From: an uncultured Nitrospiraceae bacterium
GTDB taxonomy: Bacteria > Nitrospirota > Thermodesulfovibrionia > Thermodesulfovibrionales > SM23-35
Direction of reading: 5' to 3'
Assembly: GCA_963727775.1 (NCBI GenBank)
Contig: CAVSHB010000001.1
Location: 1,024,001 to 1,088,000, forward strand
DNA: 64,000 nucleotides
Part shown: piece after piece, positions 50,042 through 58,843 of the stretch
Layout of the letters: every line of letters begins with the position of its first letter
Position numbering within the stretch: the stretch's first letter is position 1
Notes under the pieces: model-generated
What the model was told of the DNA's origin: nothing
The model's database searches: none
What the model saw: the letters and a program-made list of their open reading frames with translations, nothing else
Made by a program: the position numbers and the translations under genes

Positions 50042-52434
50042 AGAAGACTTCCAAAGCTGCGATCGATAATGAACGCCTACTTGCAGAGAATGAGGAATTG
50101 AAAATGCGCCTCACTGATCTGAAGCGAGCAGAGGAGCGTATGAGACATCTTGCCTCTTTTCCACAGATGAATCCGGATCCCTTGGTGGAGGTAAATTCTT
50201 CCTGTAAAGTCACTTTCTACAATCCGGGAGCACAAAAAGCTCTTAAAAGCCTGGGGATGGACAAAGAAGATTTCAGCATTTTCCTGCCCTCTGATATTGA
50301 CGTCATCTTAAAGGATTTAGGGAAAAAAGAAGAATCGGTTTTCTATCGTGAGATAATCATAAAAGACAGGGTTTTTGGCCAAAACATTTATCTCACTCCT
50401 CAGTATGATGCCGCGCGTATCTATGCTCATGACATCACCGAATATAAGAGGGTCGCGTCGTTGATCCAAACTCGCCTGCGCATGTCCGAGCTGGCACAAC
50501 GGACCGGCATGGAGGAACTGATGCAAGCTGCCCTGGACGAAGCGGAACTCCATACCGGCAGTCAGATTGGTTTCTTCCATTTCGTTGACGAGGACCACGA
50601 GCATCTCACCTTGCAAGCTTGGTCCACCAATACTCTTAAGAACATGTGCAAGGCCGAGGGCAAAGGTTTGCACTATCCGATCAGCCAGGCAGGTGTCTGG
50701 GTGGATTGTTTCCACGCACGCATTCCAGTCATCCACAACGACTACGCCAGCGTGCCCCACAGAAAGGGATTACCCGAGGGGCATGCGCCGGTTGTGCGTG
50801 AACTTGTTGTGCCGATCCTGCGCAACGGCTCCGTGGTCGCCATCATTGGCGTGGGCAACAAGCCGATAGATTACACAGAGCAGGACGTGGATACGCTGCT
50901 CACGCTCGCAACCCCGATTATGGATCTTGTTGCGCGCCAACAGGCCGAGAAAGCGTTGCGACAGGAGAAACTATTTACGGATACGGTTATCGAGACCATA
51001 CCGGGTCTGTTCTTCGTCATTAACCGCGACCGTCGTTTTGTGCAATGGAACCGCGCTTGCGAGGAGCTGTTGGGTTTGTCAGGCGAAGAGTTCAAGGCAC
51101 TCGATGCGCTTGCGCCGCTTTTGGAACCCGACCGCGAAATGGCGGCGCGCAAGTTGCGCGAAGGGTTTGAGACCGGTGAGACAGAACTGGAAGCGCGCGT
51201 CGCCGGCAAGGACGGGGTGCGGGAGTTTCAGTTTGCCGCCAAGCGGATGACACTGGGCGACGAAATGTTCCTCATCGGCAATGGCGTTGATATCACTGAG
51301 CGAAAGCGGGCCGAGGAGGCATTGCGGACCAGCGAGGTAAGGTATAGGACACTGTTTGAAACAATGCTGCAAGGCGTGGTCTATCATGACGCCGATGGAA
51401 TGATCGTCTCGATGAATCCCGCTGCTGAACGAATCTTTGGAAAGGGGCCTGAAGAATTCCTCGGAGAGAGTCCGGTGTCCATCGAGCACCACACAATTCG
51501 GGAAGATGGCTCGCCTTTCCCTGGCGTGGAGCATCCATCTTCTGTGGCACTGCAGAGCGGACGCGAAATGCGGAACGTGGTGATGGGAGTATTTAACCCA
51601 AAAGAAGAAGACTATCGTTGGATCAACGTTACTGCAGTGCCTCTGTTCCGAAAGGGTGAAAGCAAACCCTACCATGTCTACACGCTCTTTGACGACATCA
51701 CCGAGCGCAAACGTGCCGACGAAGAGCTGCGCAAGCTTACGGAAGAACTGAGACGCTCTAACGCTGATCTCCAGCAGTTTGCCTATGTTGCATCCCATGA
51801 TCTTCAGGAACCTCTGCGTATGGTCGCCAGCTATATTCAGCTCCTTGAGAAAAAATACAAGGGGAAACTGGATGAGCAGGCAGACAAGTTTATTAACTAT
51901 GCAGTTGATGGTGCTTTTCGCATGCGGACGCTCATTGAGGGGTTATTAGCGTATTCCCGTGTTAGCCGTCAGCGAGGCGAATTTGGATTAGTCAATACCA
52001 ATGATGTTTTTGCAACAGCTGTTGCAAACCTCACGGCTTCAATCCAAGAAAGCAAAGCAATGATCACAAAAGATGAATTGCCCACGGTCTTAGGCGATCA
52101 GACCCAGCTTATACAACTTCTGCAGAACCTTATAGGCAATGCCATAAAATTTAGAAGGCCTAACGCTCCTCCCTTAGTCCATATCTCGGCAAAGAGAGCG
52201 GGAGTGGAGTGGGTATTCTCCGTTTCAGACAACGGTATCGGGATAGAACCGCAATACTACGAAGGTATATTCCTGATCTTTCAGCGCCTGCATACGCGTG
52301 AGAAATACCCGGGCACGGGGATAGGGCTTGCTTTATGTAAACAAATTGTGGAGCGCCATCATGGGCGCATTTGGGTTGAGTCAGTCCCTGGCGAGGGTAC
52401 GACATTCTTTTTTACTATTCCTATTGGAGGATAA
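50029..52434 (+). CDS. PAS/GAF sensor histidine kinase (Cph1-type transmitter)
   Basis: GLPEGH GAF; FAYVASHDLQEPLR; QNLIGNAIKF; GTGIGL. Confidence 0.93.
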   Translation: MSIMKKTSKAAIDNERLLAENEELKMRLTDLKRAEERMRHLASFPQMNPDPLVEVNSSCKVTFYNPGAQKALKSLGMDKEDFSIFLPSDIDVILKDLGKKEESVFYREIIIKDRVFGQNIYLTPQYDAARIYAHDITEYKRVASLIQTRLRMSELAQRTGMEELMQAALDEAELHTGSQIGFFHFVDEDHEHLTLQAWSTNTLKNMCKAEGKGLHYPISQAGVWVDCFHARIPVIHNDYASVPHRKGLPEGHAPVVRELVVPILRNGSVVAIIGVGNKPIDYTEQDVDTLLTLATPIMDLVARQQAEKALRQEKLFTDTVIETIPGLFFVINRDRRFVQWNRACEELLGLSGEEFKALDALAPLLEPDREMAARKLREGFETGETELEARVAGKDGVREFQFAAKRMTLGDEMFLIGNGVDITERKRAEEALRTSEVRYRTLFETMLQGVVYHDADGMIVSMNPAAERIFGKGPEEFLGESPVSIEHHTIREDGSPFPGVEHPSSVALQSGREMRNVVMGVFNPKEEDYRWINVTAVPLFRKGESKPYHVYTLFDDITERKRADEELRKLTEELRRSNADLQQFAYVASHDLQEPLRMVASYIQLLEKKYKGKLDEQADKFINYAVDGAFRMRTLIEGLLAYSRVSRQRGEFGLVNTNDVFATAVANLTASIQESKAMITKDELPTVLGDQTQLIQLLQNLIGNAIKFRRPNAPPLVHISAKRAGVEWVFSVSDNGIGIEPQYYEGIFLIFQRLHTREKYPGTGIGLALCKQIVERHHGRIWVESVPGEGTTFFFTIPIGG

Positions 52435-52435
52435 A

Positions 52436-52900
52436 ATGGAAAATGCGATTGGCAAGATCATAGAGATTTTGTTGGTAGAGGACAATCCAGGCGATGTCGA
52501 CCTGATAAAAATTGGCTTGGAGGACGCCAAAGTGCTAAATAAGCTGCACGTTGTCACCGATGGCCTAGAGGCGATGAAATTTCTTAGAGGGGAGGACATC
52601 TATGCAAATGCTCCATGCCCCGACCTTATCCTTCTGGATTTGAATCTTCCCAGAAAGAGTGGCAAGGAGGTGCTCCAAGAGATCAAGGTAGATCCAAAGC
52701 TGCAGGCCATCCCGGTTGTCATCCTCACGAGCTCGGAAGCAGATGAAGATATTTGTAGAGCCTATGAACTTCACGCAAACTGCTACATTAGCAAGCCAGT
52801 CGATTTTGAGCAATTTGTCAAAGTGGTGCAATCATTAGAGCATTTTTGGTTTACTGTGGTTAAACTGCCCGGCAGAAATTTACCGCCGCACAGATCATGA
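52436..52900 (+). CDS. Single-domain response regulator (Rcp1-like)
   Basis: ILLVEDNPGD, LLDLNLP, ANCYISKP, HFWF; GGAGG RBS before the ATG at 52436. Confidence 0.92.
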   Translation: MENAIGKIIEILLVEDNPGDVDLIKIGLEDAKVLNKLHVVTDGLEAMKFLRGEDIYANAPCPDLILLDLNLPRKSGKEVLQEIKVDPKLQAIPVVILTSSEADEDICRAYELHANCYISKPVDFEQFVKVVQSLEHFWFTVVKLPGRNLPPHRS

Positions 52901-53182
52901 GACTGCCACTATCTCAAAAAACCTGTCCCACCCCGAAATAGTCGAAGCATTCACTGCAGACGGGTTTGCTCTCATGAGCATGGGTTTCTTTAGTTGTGTT
53001 GTATACAATGGGATTAGTGATGATAAGAACTTGCGCAATACCACTGATTTAGGTTTTTGTAAAGACTTTTGTACGTAACCTTAATCGTTCCTATTCCCAT
53101 CGACCGTTTATTTCCAGAGGAAACCTTACGCCTGTAGCAAAAAAGAGACACTGAGGATTTCAGGAAGTAGCCCATGAGGGTG

Positions 53183-53671
53183 TTATGTTTCTTGTTCCTG
53201 GCGTAAATACAATTTGCCAACGCGACTACCTATAAAACCAGCTACGCCTATACCGACGAGGTATCCAATTCCGAAAATTACGCCGATAAGAGCGGTGGCT
53301 ATGCATATCCCTGATAAAGCAAAGGCTTTCCACCCCGAACGTTTTTTATAGCCAATCTGCAGTTTTATTGTCGTCCCAATTTTGGTATTTATATCCATTG
53401 TGTTGCTTTTTATCCAGTCAATCTTAATTAGAACGCTATGTGGCCCTGGAGCAAGAGGAATTAGTGATGTTGTGCCGTTCTTTATTGAGCCTACCTTTTC
53501 TCCATCAACCAATATTGAATAGGAGCGCAGGCCTCTACTCAGATGAGATTCTCTATAAATTTCTAAGTTACCAGTTGGCAGTGTAGGCAGTTCATGAACG
53601 AGCGCAATGTGGCAATCGCTGCAAATAGTAAAGCCAGATCTATATTCGGCTTTACAGGCTGAACAAAACAT
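53183..53671 (-). CDS. Hypothetical protein with an N-terminal zinc ribbon and C-terminal TM helices
   Basis: MFCSACKAEYRSGFTICSDC; GGAGG RBS. Confidence 0.72.
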   Translation of the reverse strand: MFCSACKAEYRSGFTICSDCHIALVHELPTLPTGNLEIYRESHLSRGLRSYSILVDGEKVGSIKNGTTSLIPLAPGPHSVLIKIDWIKSNTMDINTKIGTTIKLQIGYKKRSGWKAFALSGICIATALIGVIFGIGYLVGIGVAGFIGSRVGKLYLRQEQET

Positions 53672-53954
53672 TCAAAATATCCTCCTCCAATAAGGCTGTT
53701 GGCGAAATCGATTACCAATTGTAACTTACGCTATTCTATCAAATCCCGGCGATGAGGACTACAGTCAACTATCATCAGTTTGCCTTTCTTAATGGAATAA
53801 AAAGATTCCTGATGTTTGTGATTGAGAATAATTGCTCCATCACCATTAGCACATTTTTTGACATTGAAGAGGCAAACCCGGGAAACGAGCTTCGTAGAAT
53901 CGCATAGAATCGATTTTCTCGGATCGACCCATATCCCAGATACCCTATTGTGAA

Positions 53955-55169
53955 TCATGAATTCGCCTTTACGCTGAAAGTAGTTTTCTGTGAAAGCATG
54001 GCACATATTACCCTGATGAGTTTATGAGCAGTAGCTATGACGGCCTTTTTGTAGATCAACCCGTCTTTGATTCTTTTCTCAAAGTAGCGATGAAAATATG
54101 CTTCAAACTGGATGACCTTGACGGTCATAAGCCAGATGATCCTTCTGAGATGTCTGTTACCTCGTTTTGATATCTTGCTTAGGCCTACATATTGTCCTGA
54201 TTGGTATACGGAAGGGTCCAGCCCCGCCATGGCAATGACTTGTCTATGACCTGGGAAAAGCCCGGGATCACCTCCAAGCTCAACCAAGAAATTCATGGCG
54301 GACTTCTCACCGATTCCCCGTATAGAGGTGAGAATATCGACATTGTCCTTCATCTGTGCCTGGCATTGCTCTATCAGCATGTCAGTCAGCTCCTGCAGAT
54401 GATCTTCCAATTGTATCAGGATAGATGCCTTTTGCTTGATAATCATCTCTTTGGCGGGACTGGCTGTCCCGATGGAGGTTGCCGCAGCTTTGATAATGGC
54501 GCCAACGGACTCCTCAGTCTGTTTTCCATAAGATCCTGGTATCAGGATCTTTGCTATCTTTGCTCGTTTAGCTTTGCGAATAGACTCCGCAGATGGATAA
54601 TGACACAGCAGGCGGAGCATGGATTTTGTGAAGATGCCCGTAATATGTTCCAGTTCAGGAAATGTAATTGTAAGAACTCTTTTAGTGTCGCTCTTGATTG
54701 CCGTCATCTGGTCGACTAAGCTTTCCCTCTGCCGTGATAGGTCTCTCATGTCCGCATTATCAGGAGTCAGAACATTTTGGGAGAGCGAATCTTTTTTCAT
54801 GCGGAGAAATTGCGCGATGACCATCGCATCTTTTTTGTCTGTCTTGGTCTTCCTCAGTTGAAGTTTCATGAAGTTGCATATGAGCAGGGGATTGATAATG
54901 ATTACGGTAAATCCTTGGGACGTAAGGAACGAGAAGAGGTTGATATGGTAGCATGCCGTAGATTCCATGCCGATAAGGATGGAATCCTTAGGTCCCTCTA
55001 TAGATGAGACTTTCATGAGCAGTTCATCGAACCCGCCCCTGCTCATGGAAGCAGATACGCGGAAAAGTTTTTCTCCATTACTTCCTATACAGCATGCATC
55101 AAACTTTTCCTTCGAGATATCGATACCAAGAAAGATTGTGAACTCTGCCTTTTCATGTGTTTCGGACAT
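53955..55169 (-). CDS. IS110-family DEDD recombinase/transposase
   Basis: GIDISK, MESTACY, KTDKKDA, GLDP...SG, SKRGN, AHKL; GGAGG RBS before the ATG at 55169. Confidence 0.95.
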   Translation of the reverse strand: MSETHEKAEFTIFLGIDISKEKFDACCIGSNGEKLFRVSASMSRGGFDELLMKVSSIEGPKDSILIGMESTACYHINLFSFLTSQGFTVIIINPLLICNFMKLQLRKTKTDKKDAMVIAQFLRMKKDSLSQNVLTPDNADMRDLSRQRESLVDQMTAIKSDTKRVLTITFPELEHITGIFTKSMLRLLCHYPSAESIRKAKRAKIAKILIPGSYGKQTEESVGAIIKAAATSIGTASPAKEMIIKQKASILIQLEDHLQELTDMLIEQCQAQMKDNVDILTSIRGIGEKSAMNFLVELGGDPGLFPGHRQVIAMAGLDPSVYQSGQYVGLSKISKRGNRHLRRIIWLMTVKVIQFEAYFHRYFEKRIKDGLIYKKAVIATAHKLIRVICAMLSQKTTFSVKANS

Positions 55170-55189
55170 ACGAAAACCTCCTGCGTTCC

Positions 55190-55372
55190 GGTAAAAACAG
55201 GAAATGCCTCCCCACCAATCCTCCATCGTGACTAGGATTCTTTGACCCGATCAACCTATTATGGTTTTGGGAGGCAGGGGACATACTGAAGTAAGGGTTC
55301 TGTGACCCAGGAAGAAAGAAGCCCTCCTGCCTTTCCAGACTGATTATATTATCTGAGTATGAAATACTCATA
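55190..55372 (-). ncRNA. Candidate IS110 bridge/seek RNA
   Basis: Stems gagta/tactc, aggcagg/cctgcct, gcctccc/gggaggc and aatcct/aggatt with large internal loops; expression not shown. Confidence 0.5.
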
Positions 55373-55548
55373 CTGGGTTATAACATAAACTCATGGTAGG
55401 AGGAAGAAAATGACTCTCCGTATTTCTATTAGAAGGTCTCATTACCGCAGCCTGGAAGGTAGGATTAGAACACCGTATACTGTACACTCACAGTCTTTCC
55501 AATTACGGATCTATCTTCCGCATCTCTCCCCGTCTGCCGGTCCACCGA

Positions 55549-56247
55549 TTAAGAGGACTTCAATTTGCTATTTTTCAGGTGTCCTCTTAACTTTAATCCT
55601 GCTTCAATGTATTTATGCCGAGCTATGAAATCAGGCACCTCTATGAAGTTCTTTGTCGCACCGCTTGCCTCTTTCATCTCTTCGCCGCTCGGAGCAATGA
55701 CCATAGCGGATATCACCTTTGTAGCATCAAGACCTTCAGCGAGCTTTTTTACCAATTTTCTATCCGAAATTCCTAATTCATCCATAACAGCAGCGATTCC
55801 ACCACTTTTGCCCACTACACGATCAACGATTTCCGTTGCTTTTGAACTGACAGTTGTTTCGGCATAACCGGCTAACCGACAGGCTTCCGCTTTGCTCTTC
55901 CCTTCTATTAAGGCTTCTTTTATTTTCTGCTCGCGGATTACCTGCACTGCGTTTGTTTTAGAAGGTTTTACGGGAGGTTTTCTTTTTTTCTTAGCTTCTG
56001 ACTTAGCAGGTAAAGAGCCATCTGTTTTAATCTGCTTGCTTTGTGACCGAAGCAAAATGAAGAAAGCTTTGGAAATATCCTTTTTGCAACTACTGCAGGT
56101 TATTATCGGATTGAAGACTTGCCATAGTCCTTCCTGTTTGTAGGTTATTTGGATTTTGTTATTGCACTTAGGACAGATAAAGGATTGTGTGGCGATAGGT
56201 GTTACTTGCTTCTCTTCAGCAGTCTCGTTTTTCGTGCCTATGCTCAC
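55549..56247 (-). CDS. Phage-like protein with a zinc ribbon and a terminase-small-subunit-like HTH region
   Basis: CPKC/CSSC; GKSKAEACRLAGYAETT; LAEGLDA...VPDFIARHKY. Confidence 0.6.
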   Translation of the reverse strand: MSIGTKNETAEEKQVTPIATQSFICPKCNNKIQITYKQEGLWQVFNPIITCSSCKKDISKAFFILLRSQSKQIKTDGSLPAKSEAKKKRKPPVKPSKTNAVQVIREQKIKEALIEGKSKAEACRLAGYAETTVSSKATEIVDRVVGKSGGIAAVMDELGISDRKLVKKLAEGLDATKVISAMVIAPSGEEMKEASGATKNFIEVPDFIARHKYIEAGLKLRGHLKNSKLKSS

Positions 56248-56459
56248 TGGTGAACACTCCTTTTGTCGTCAAATTTTAAGCAATTTAGGTTCATAGCTCT
56301 GCACCTCACAAATATATCATATTCTATTAGATTTTGGTCGATTTTGCTCGATTTCAGCAGTAATTCGAAAACACAATTAGCAGTTATTTTACAAAGTGGT
56401 AACCTTTGTACGAATCGCTGCCTGCGTAGCATTAAGAGGACTTCGTTTTCTTTACTCAC
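56244..56459 (-). CDS. Small hypothetical protein coupled to both neighbours
   Basis: 4-bp overlaps with the flanking ORFs. Confidence 0.45.
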   Translation of the reverse strand: MSKENEVLLMLRRQRFVQRLPLCKITANCVFELLLKSSKIDQNLIEYDIFVRCRAMNLNCLKFDDKRSVHQ

Positions 56460-57040
56460 TTCGCTTCCTCCAACAACCTTTTCTGTTCTTTAAGCCTTCT
56501 CACTACTTCTTCCGCTGGCATATCATCAAGGCCAAGTCTTTTACGCCTCGCTTCATAGGTTTCCAGGGGTACATTTATGGTGACCTGCTCCTTAAGCATG
56601 CCGAGTCGTTGCATCTTTATTCGAATGGCTTGCAGTTTATCAAAAAACTTCAGCGTCCTGTGGGTCCCGATCTGGGTTTCGAGGATTCCCATCTCCTTCA
56701 CACAGGCGACCTGCTCGACTGTAAGCTCGTGGATATTCTTCAATTCCCCATTCTCATGCACGAAATCCTTGAGATTAAACCGTATTATCGTGTCAAGGTG
56801 AGCCTCCACTTCATGAGCCTCCATAAGTGCTTTATGAGTCAAGTTCTTGAGGGAATTACGAGAATTAGCAATCGCAGTTTGAATTTGAGGTTTTTTGAGG
56901 TTTTCATACCCAATATGATAAGCCGTATTCTTCGAGTAACCCGCACGAATCGCTGCTTGTGTAGCATTGAAATCTTTCAGGTACTCGGCGACAAAGAGCT
57001 GTTCTTTCGGGGTAAGCTGACCGTTCTTTCTTATTGGCAT
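56456..57040 (-). CDS. Terminase small subunit
   Basis: LTPKEQLFVAEYLKDFNATQAAIRAGYS..TA..IGYENLKKP; KFFDKLQA. Confidence 0.9.
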   Translation of the reverse strand: MPIRKNGQLTPKEQLFVAEYLKDFNATQAAIRAGYSKNTAYHIGYENLKKPQIQTAIANSRNSLKNLTHKALMEAHEVEAHLDTIIRFNLKDFVHENGELKNIHELTVEQVACVKEMGILETQIGTHRTLKFFDKLQAIRIKMQRLGMLKEQVTINVPLETYEARRKRLGLDDMPAEEVVRRLKEQKRLLEEAK

Positions 57041-57351
57041 AGTTCCTCCTGACGATCATCCAGGGAGCACAAATACTATCCACCCCCCAAAGGTTTGGTT
57101 TTGCTTTCGTTATGCTACAAGATGTAAAATAGCTTATATCAAGGGGAAAAGCGGGTTCAATTCCCGCGCTCATCACCCTAACTTTTGTGATTGCTTTATT
57201 GGCTGAATTACATCTGGTGACAGTTGACGGCTTCTTAAACGACCCTGCTTGCAAATTGCTCGCAAAATGCGAGCAGAACAGACACCTCATGCTACCACGT
57301 GATACCATGTGACACTTGATAAGTATTTGAATTATAATAAAACTGTTAATT

Positions 57352-57437
57352 GCGAGAGTGGCGGAACTGGCAGACGCGCTGGACTTAGGATCCAGTGGGG
57401 CAACCTGTGGGGGTTCAAATCCCCCCCCCTCGCACCA
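57352..57437 (+). tRNA. tRNA-Leu (anticodon TAG)
   Basis: GCGAGAG-TGGCGGAACTGGCAGACGC; anticodon arm CTGGA-CTTAGGA-TCCAG; long variable arm; GGGGG-TTCAAAT-CCCCC; ACCA end; acceptor stem imperfect. Confidence 0.9.
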
Positions 57438-57477
57438 TTCCTATTATTAAAATATTTTTTTGAATGCTGCGAGTCTG

Positions 57478-58827
57478 CTATTCCCTTTCAATCTTAAGCC
57501 TCTCCCACATCCATGATATATCATAAAAAGGTCTGCCTTCCCTCTTGTTATGTTCCTCTGAGTTTTCAATGGACTTCAACAGTTCAATAACCTTCTTTTT
57601 GCCTTCTTTTGTCTTTACCGCTTGCATAGGGGTTTTGCCATCGAGGGCAGGGATTTTTTTTCTTAACCATTTTTCGGAATGTTTTTGCATGAACCGGGTA
57701 TAGAATTTCTGTTGGATTTCCATCGGCAATTCATTCGCGGGTTCCTCAGCGGGACTCACTTTGTATGCCTTCACAGCCTCCATCGGGTCTTGGAAAGTGT
57801 CCACCTTATGGACAATGGCATCAGATAAAGCCTTAAGTATGAGCTTCTTGCCCTTTTCAAGCCTTTTCTTGGAATTGCTCTGCAGTATCAGTTTGTTGTC
57901 TTTTATTTCGGCCGTGCCGAGAATTGTGGCACTCCCCTCCTTATTGCGCTTGTCGTACCACGTGAAAGATTGGGTACCCCGTTCAAAACCTTTGATTTTT
58001 GGCAAGCCGTTCATGACAGCCTCTTTGTCTGTGATTTCAAAAACTGCTTTTGAAATCAACATAGGCTCCCCGCTCGTTGTGTGCAATTTTATTGGGGTAG
58101 GGTTCTGGATTAAATCATACCAATAGAAATTAAAGTTCTCACTGTTATATTTCAGGAAATCATCCATTGAAGCATCAGGATATTCCATCTTGGAATCCTC
58201 AAACTCGGCGTGGATGTCATCGAGTATCCGTTCTTTTTGTTTTAGATGATAGGGATAGACAGAACCGCTCATTATATACTGTCCGTCGACAAGCAACAGC
58301 CTTGTCGCGAAGATATCCCATTTCCTCACGCTTCGTGTAGCAGACTTTTCTCTCACGTCATATTCTCCGCCCATCAGAAGGTCTTTCAACAATAGTCCTT
58401 TGTCAGGGAATACCTCTTGAACCTCATAAAGGCTTATCACGGAGTTTTTCATCATGGTTAATACCTTATGTTCATCCAATGACAACATCCTGTTATTCTC
58501 CATATATAGGTCTATAAGGCTTTTGTCATTATCCTCATCAATAAGATAATCAAAGACAACCCATTCCATGAAGTTTTGGTATGCAATATTAAGGGCCTGA
58601 CCTTCAAGATGTTTTTTTGGAATAAAGTCATCCCAGAACATGAAATGGGCATGCTCCAACGCGTGCTTATAATTCTTATCAAAGAATCCCATCAGTTTTT
58701 GGACAAGCCTTCCTCTGATGGAATCTTCTTTGCCGACATCAATATAGGTTTTATTCAGGCAACACTTTTTGTATTTCTTCCCGCTCCCACAGGGGCAAGG
58801 GTCATTTCTACCGATTATATTCACCAC
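57478..58827 (-). CDS. SEC-C motif protein with a C-terminal DUF2384/MbcA-like region
   Basis: GRNDPCPCGSGKKYKKCC; WL...IPALDGKTP. Confidence 0.8.
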   Translation of the reverse strand: MVNIIGRNDPCPCGSGKKYKKCCLNKTYIDVGKEDSIRGRLVQKLMGFFDKNYKHALEHAHFMFWDDFIPKKHLEGQALNIAYQNFMEWVVFDYLIDEDNDKSLIDLYMENNRMLSLDEHKVLTMMKNSVISLYEVQEVFPDKGLLLKDLLMGGEYDVREKSATRSVRKWDIFATRLLLVDGQYIMSGSVYPYHLKQKERILDDIHAEFEDSKMEYPDASMDDFLKYNSENFNFYWYDLIQNPTPIKLHTTSGEPMLISKAVFEITDKEAVMNGLPKIKGFERGTQSFTWYDKRNKEGSATILGTAEIKDNKLILQSNSKKRLEKGKKLILKALSDAIVHKVDTFQDPMEAVKAYKVSPAEEPANELPMEIQQKFYTRFMQKHSEKWLRKKIPALDGKTPMQAVKTKEGKKKVIELLKSIENSEEHNKREGRPFYDISWMWERLKIERE

Positions 58828-58843
58828 TGACCGTCTCCTTTTT

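Larger units (their letters stand above)
53945..55374 (-). mobile_element. IS110-family element, proposed limits at a repeated CT/AG dinucleotide core
   Basis: No terminal IRs; CT at 53945-53946 and 55373-55374; ~200-bp structured non-coding end upstream of the recombinase; limits inferred. Confidence 0.65.

Noticed and set aside
52328..52435. N-terminal extension of the response regulator in the ORF track
   Set aside because: Overlaps the kinase gene; the ATG at 52436 has a proper GGAGG RBS
53945..55374. Strong junction promoter formed on IS110 circularisation
   Set aside because: Best pairing found is TTCACA-15 bp-CATACT; spacing is suboptimal, so it is not claimed
56396..57052. 218-aa plus-strand ORF
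   Set aside because: Antisense to the well-supported terminase small subunit gene
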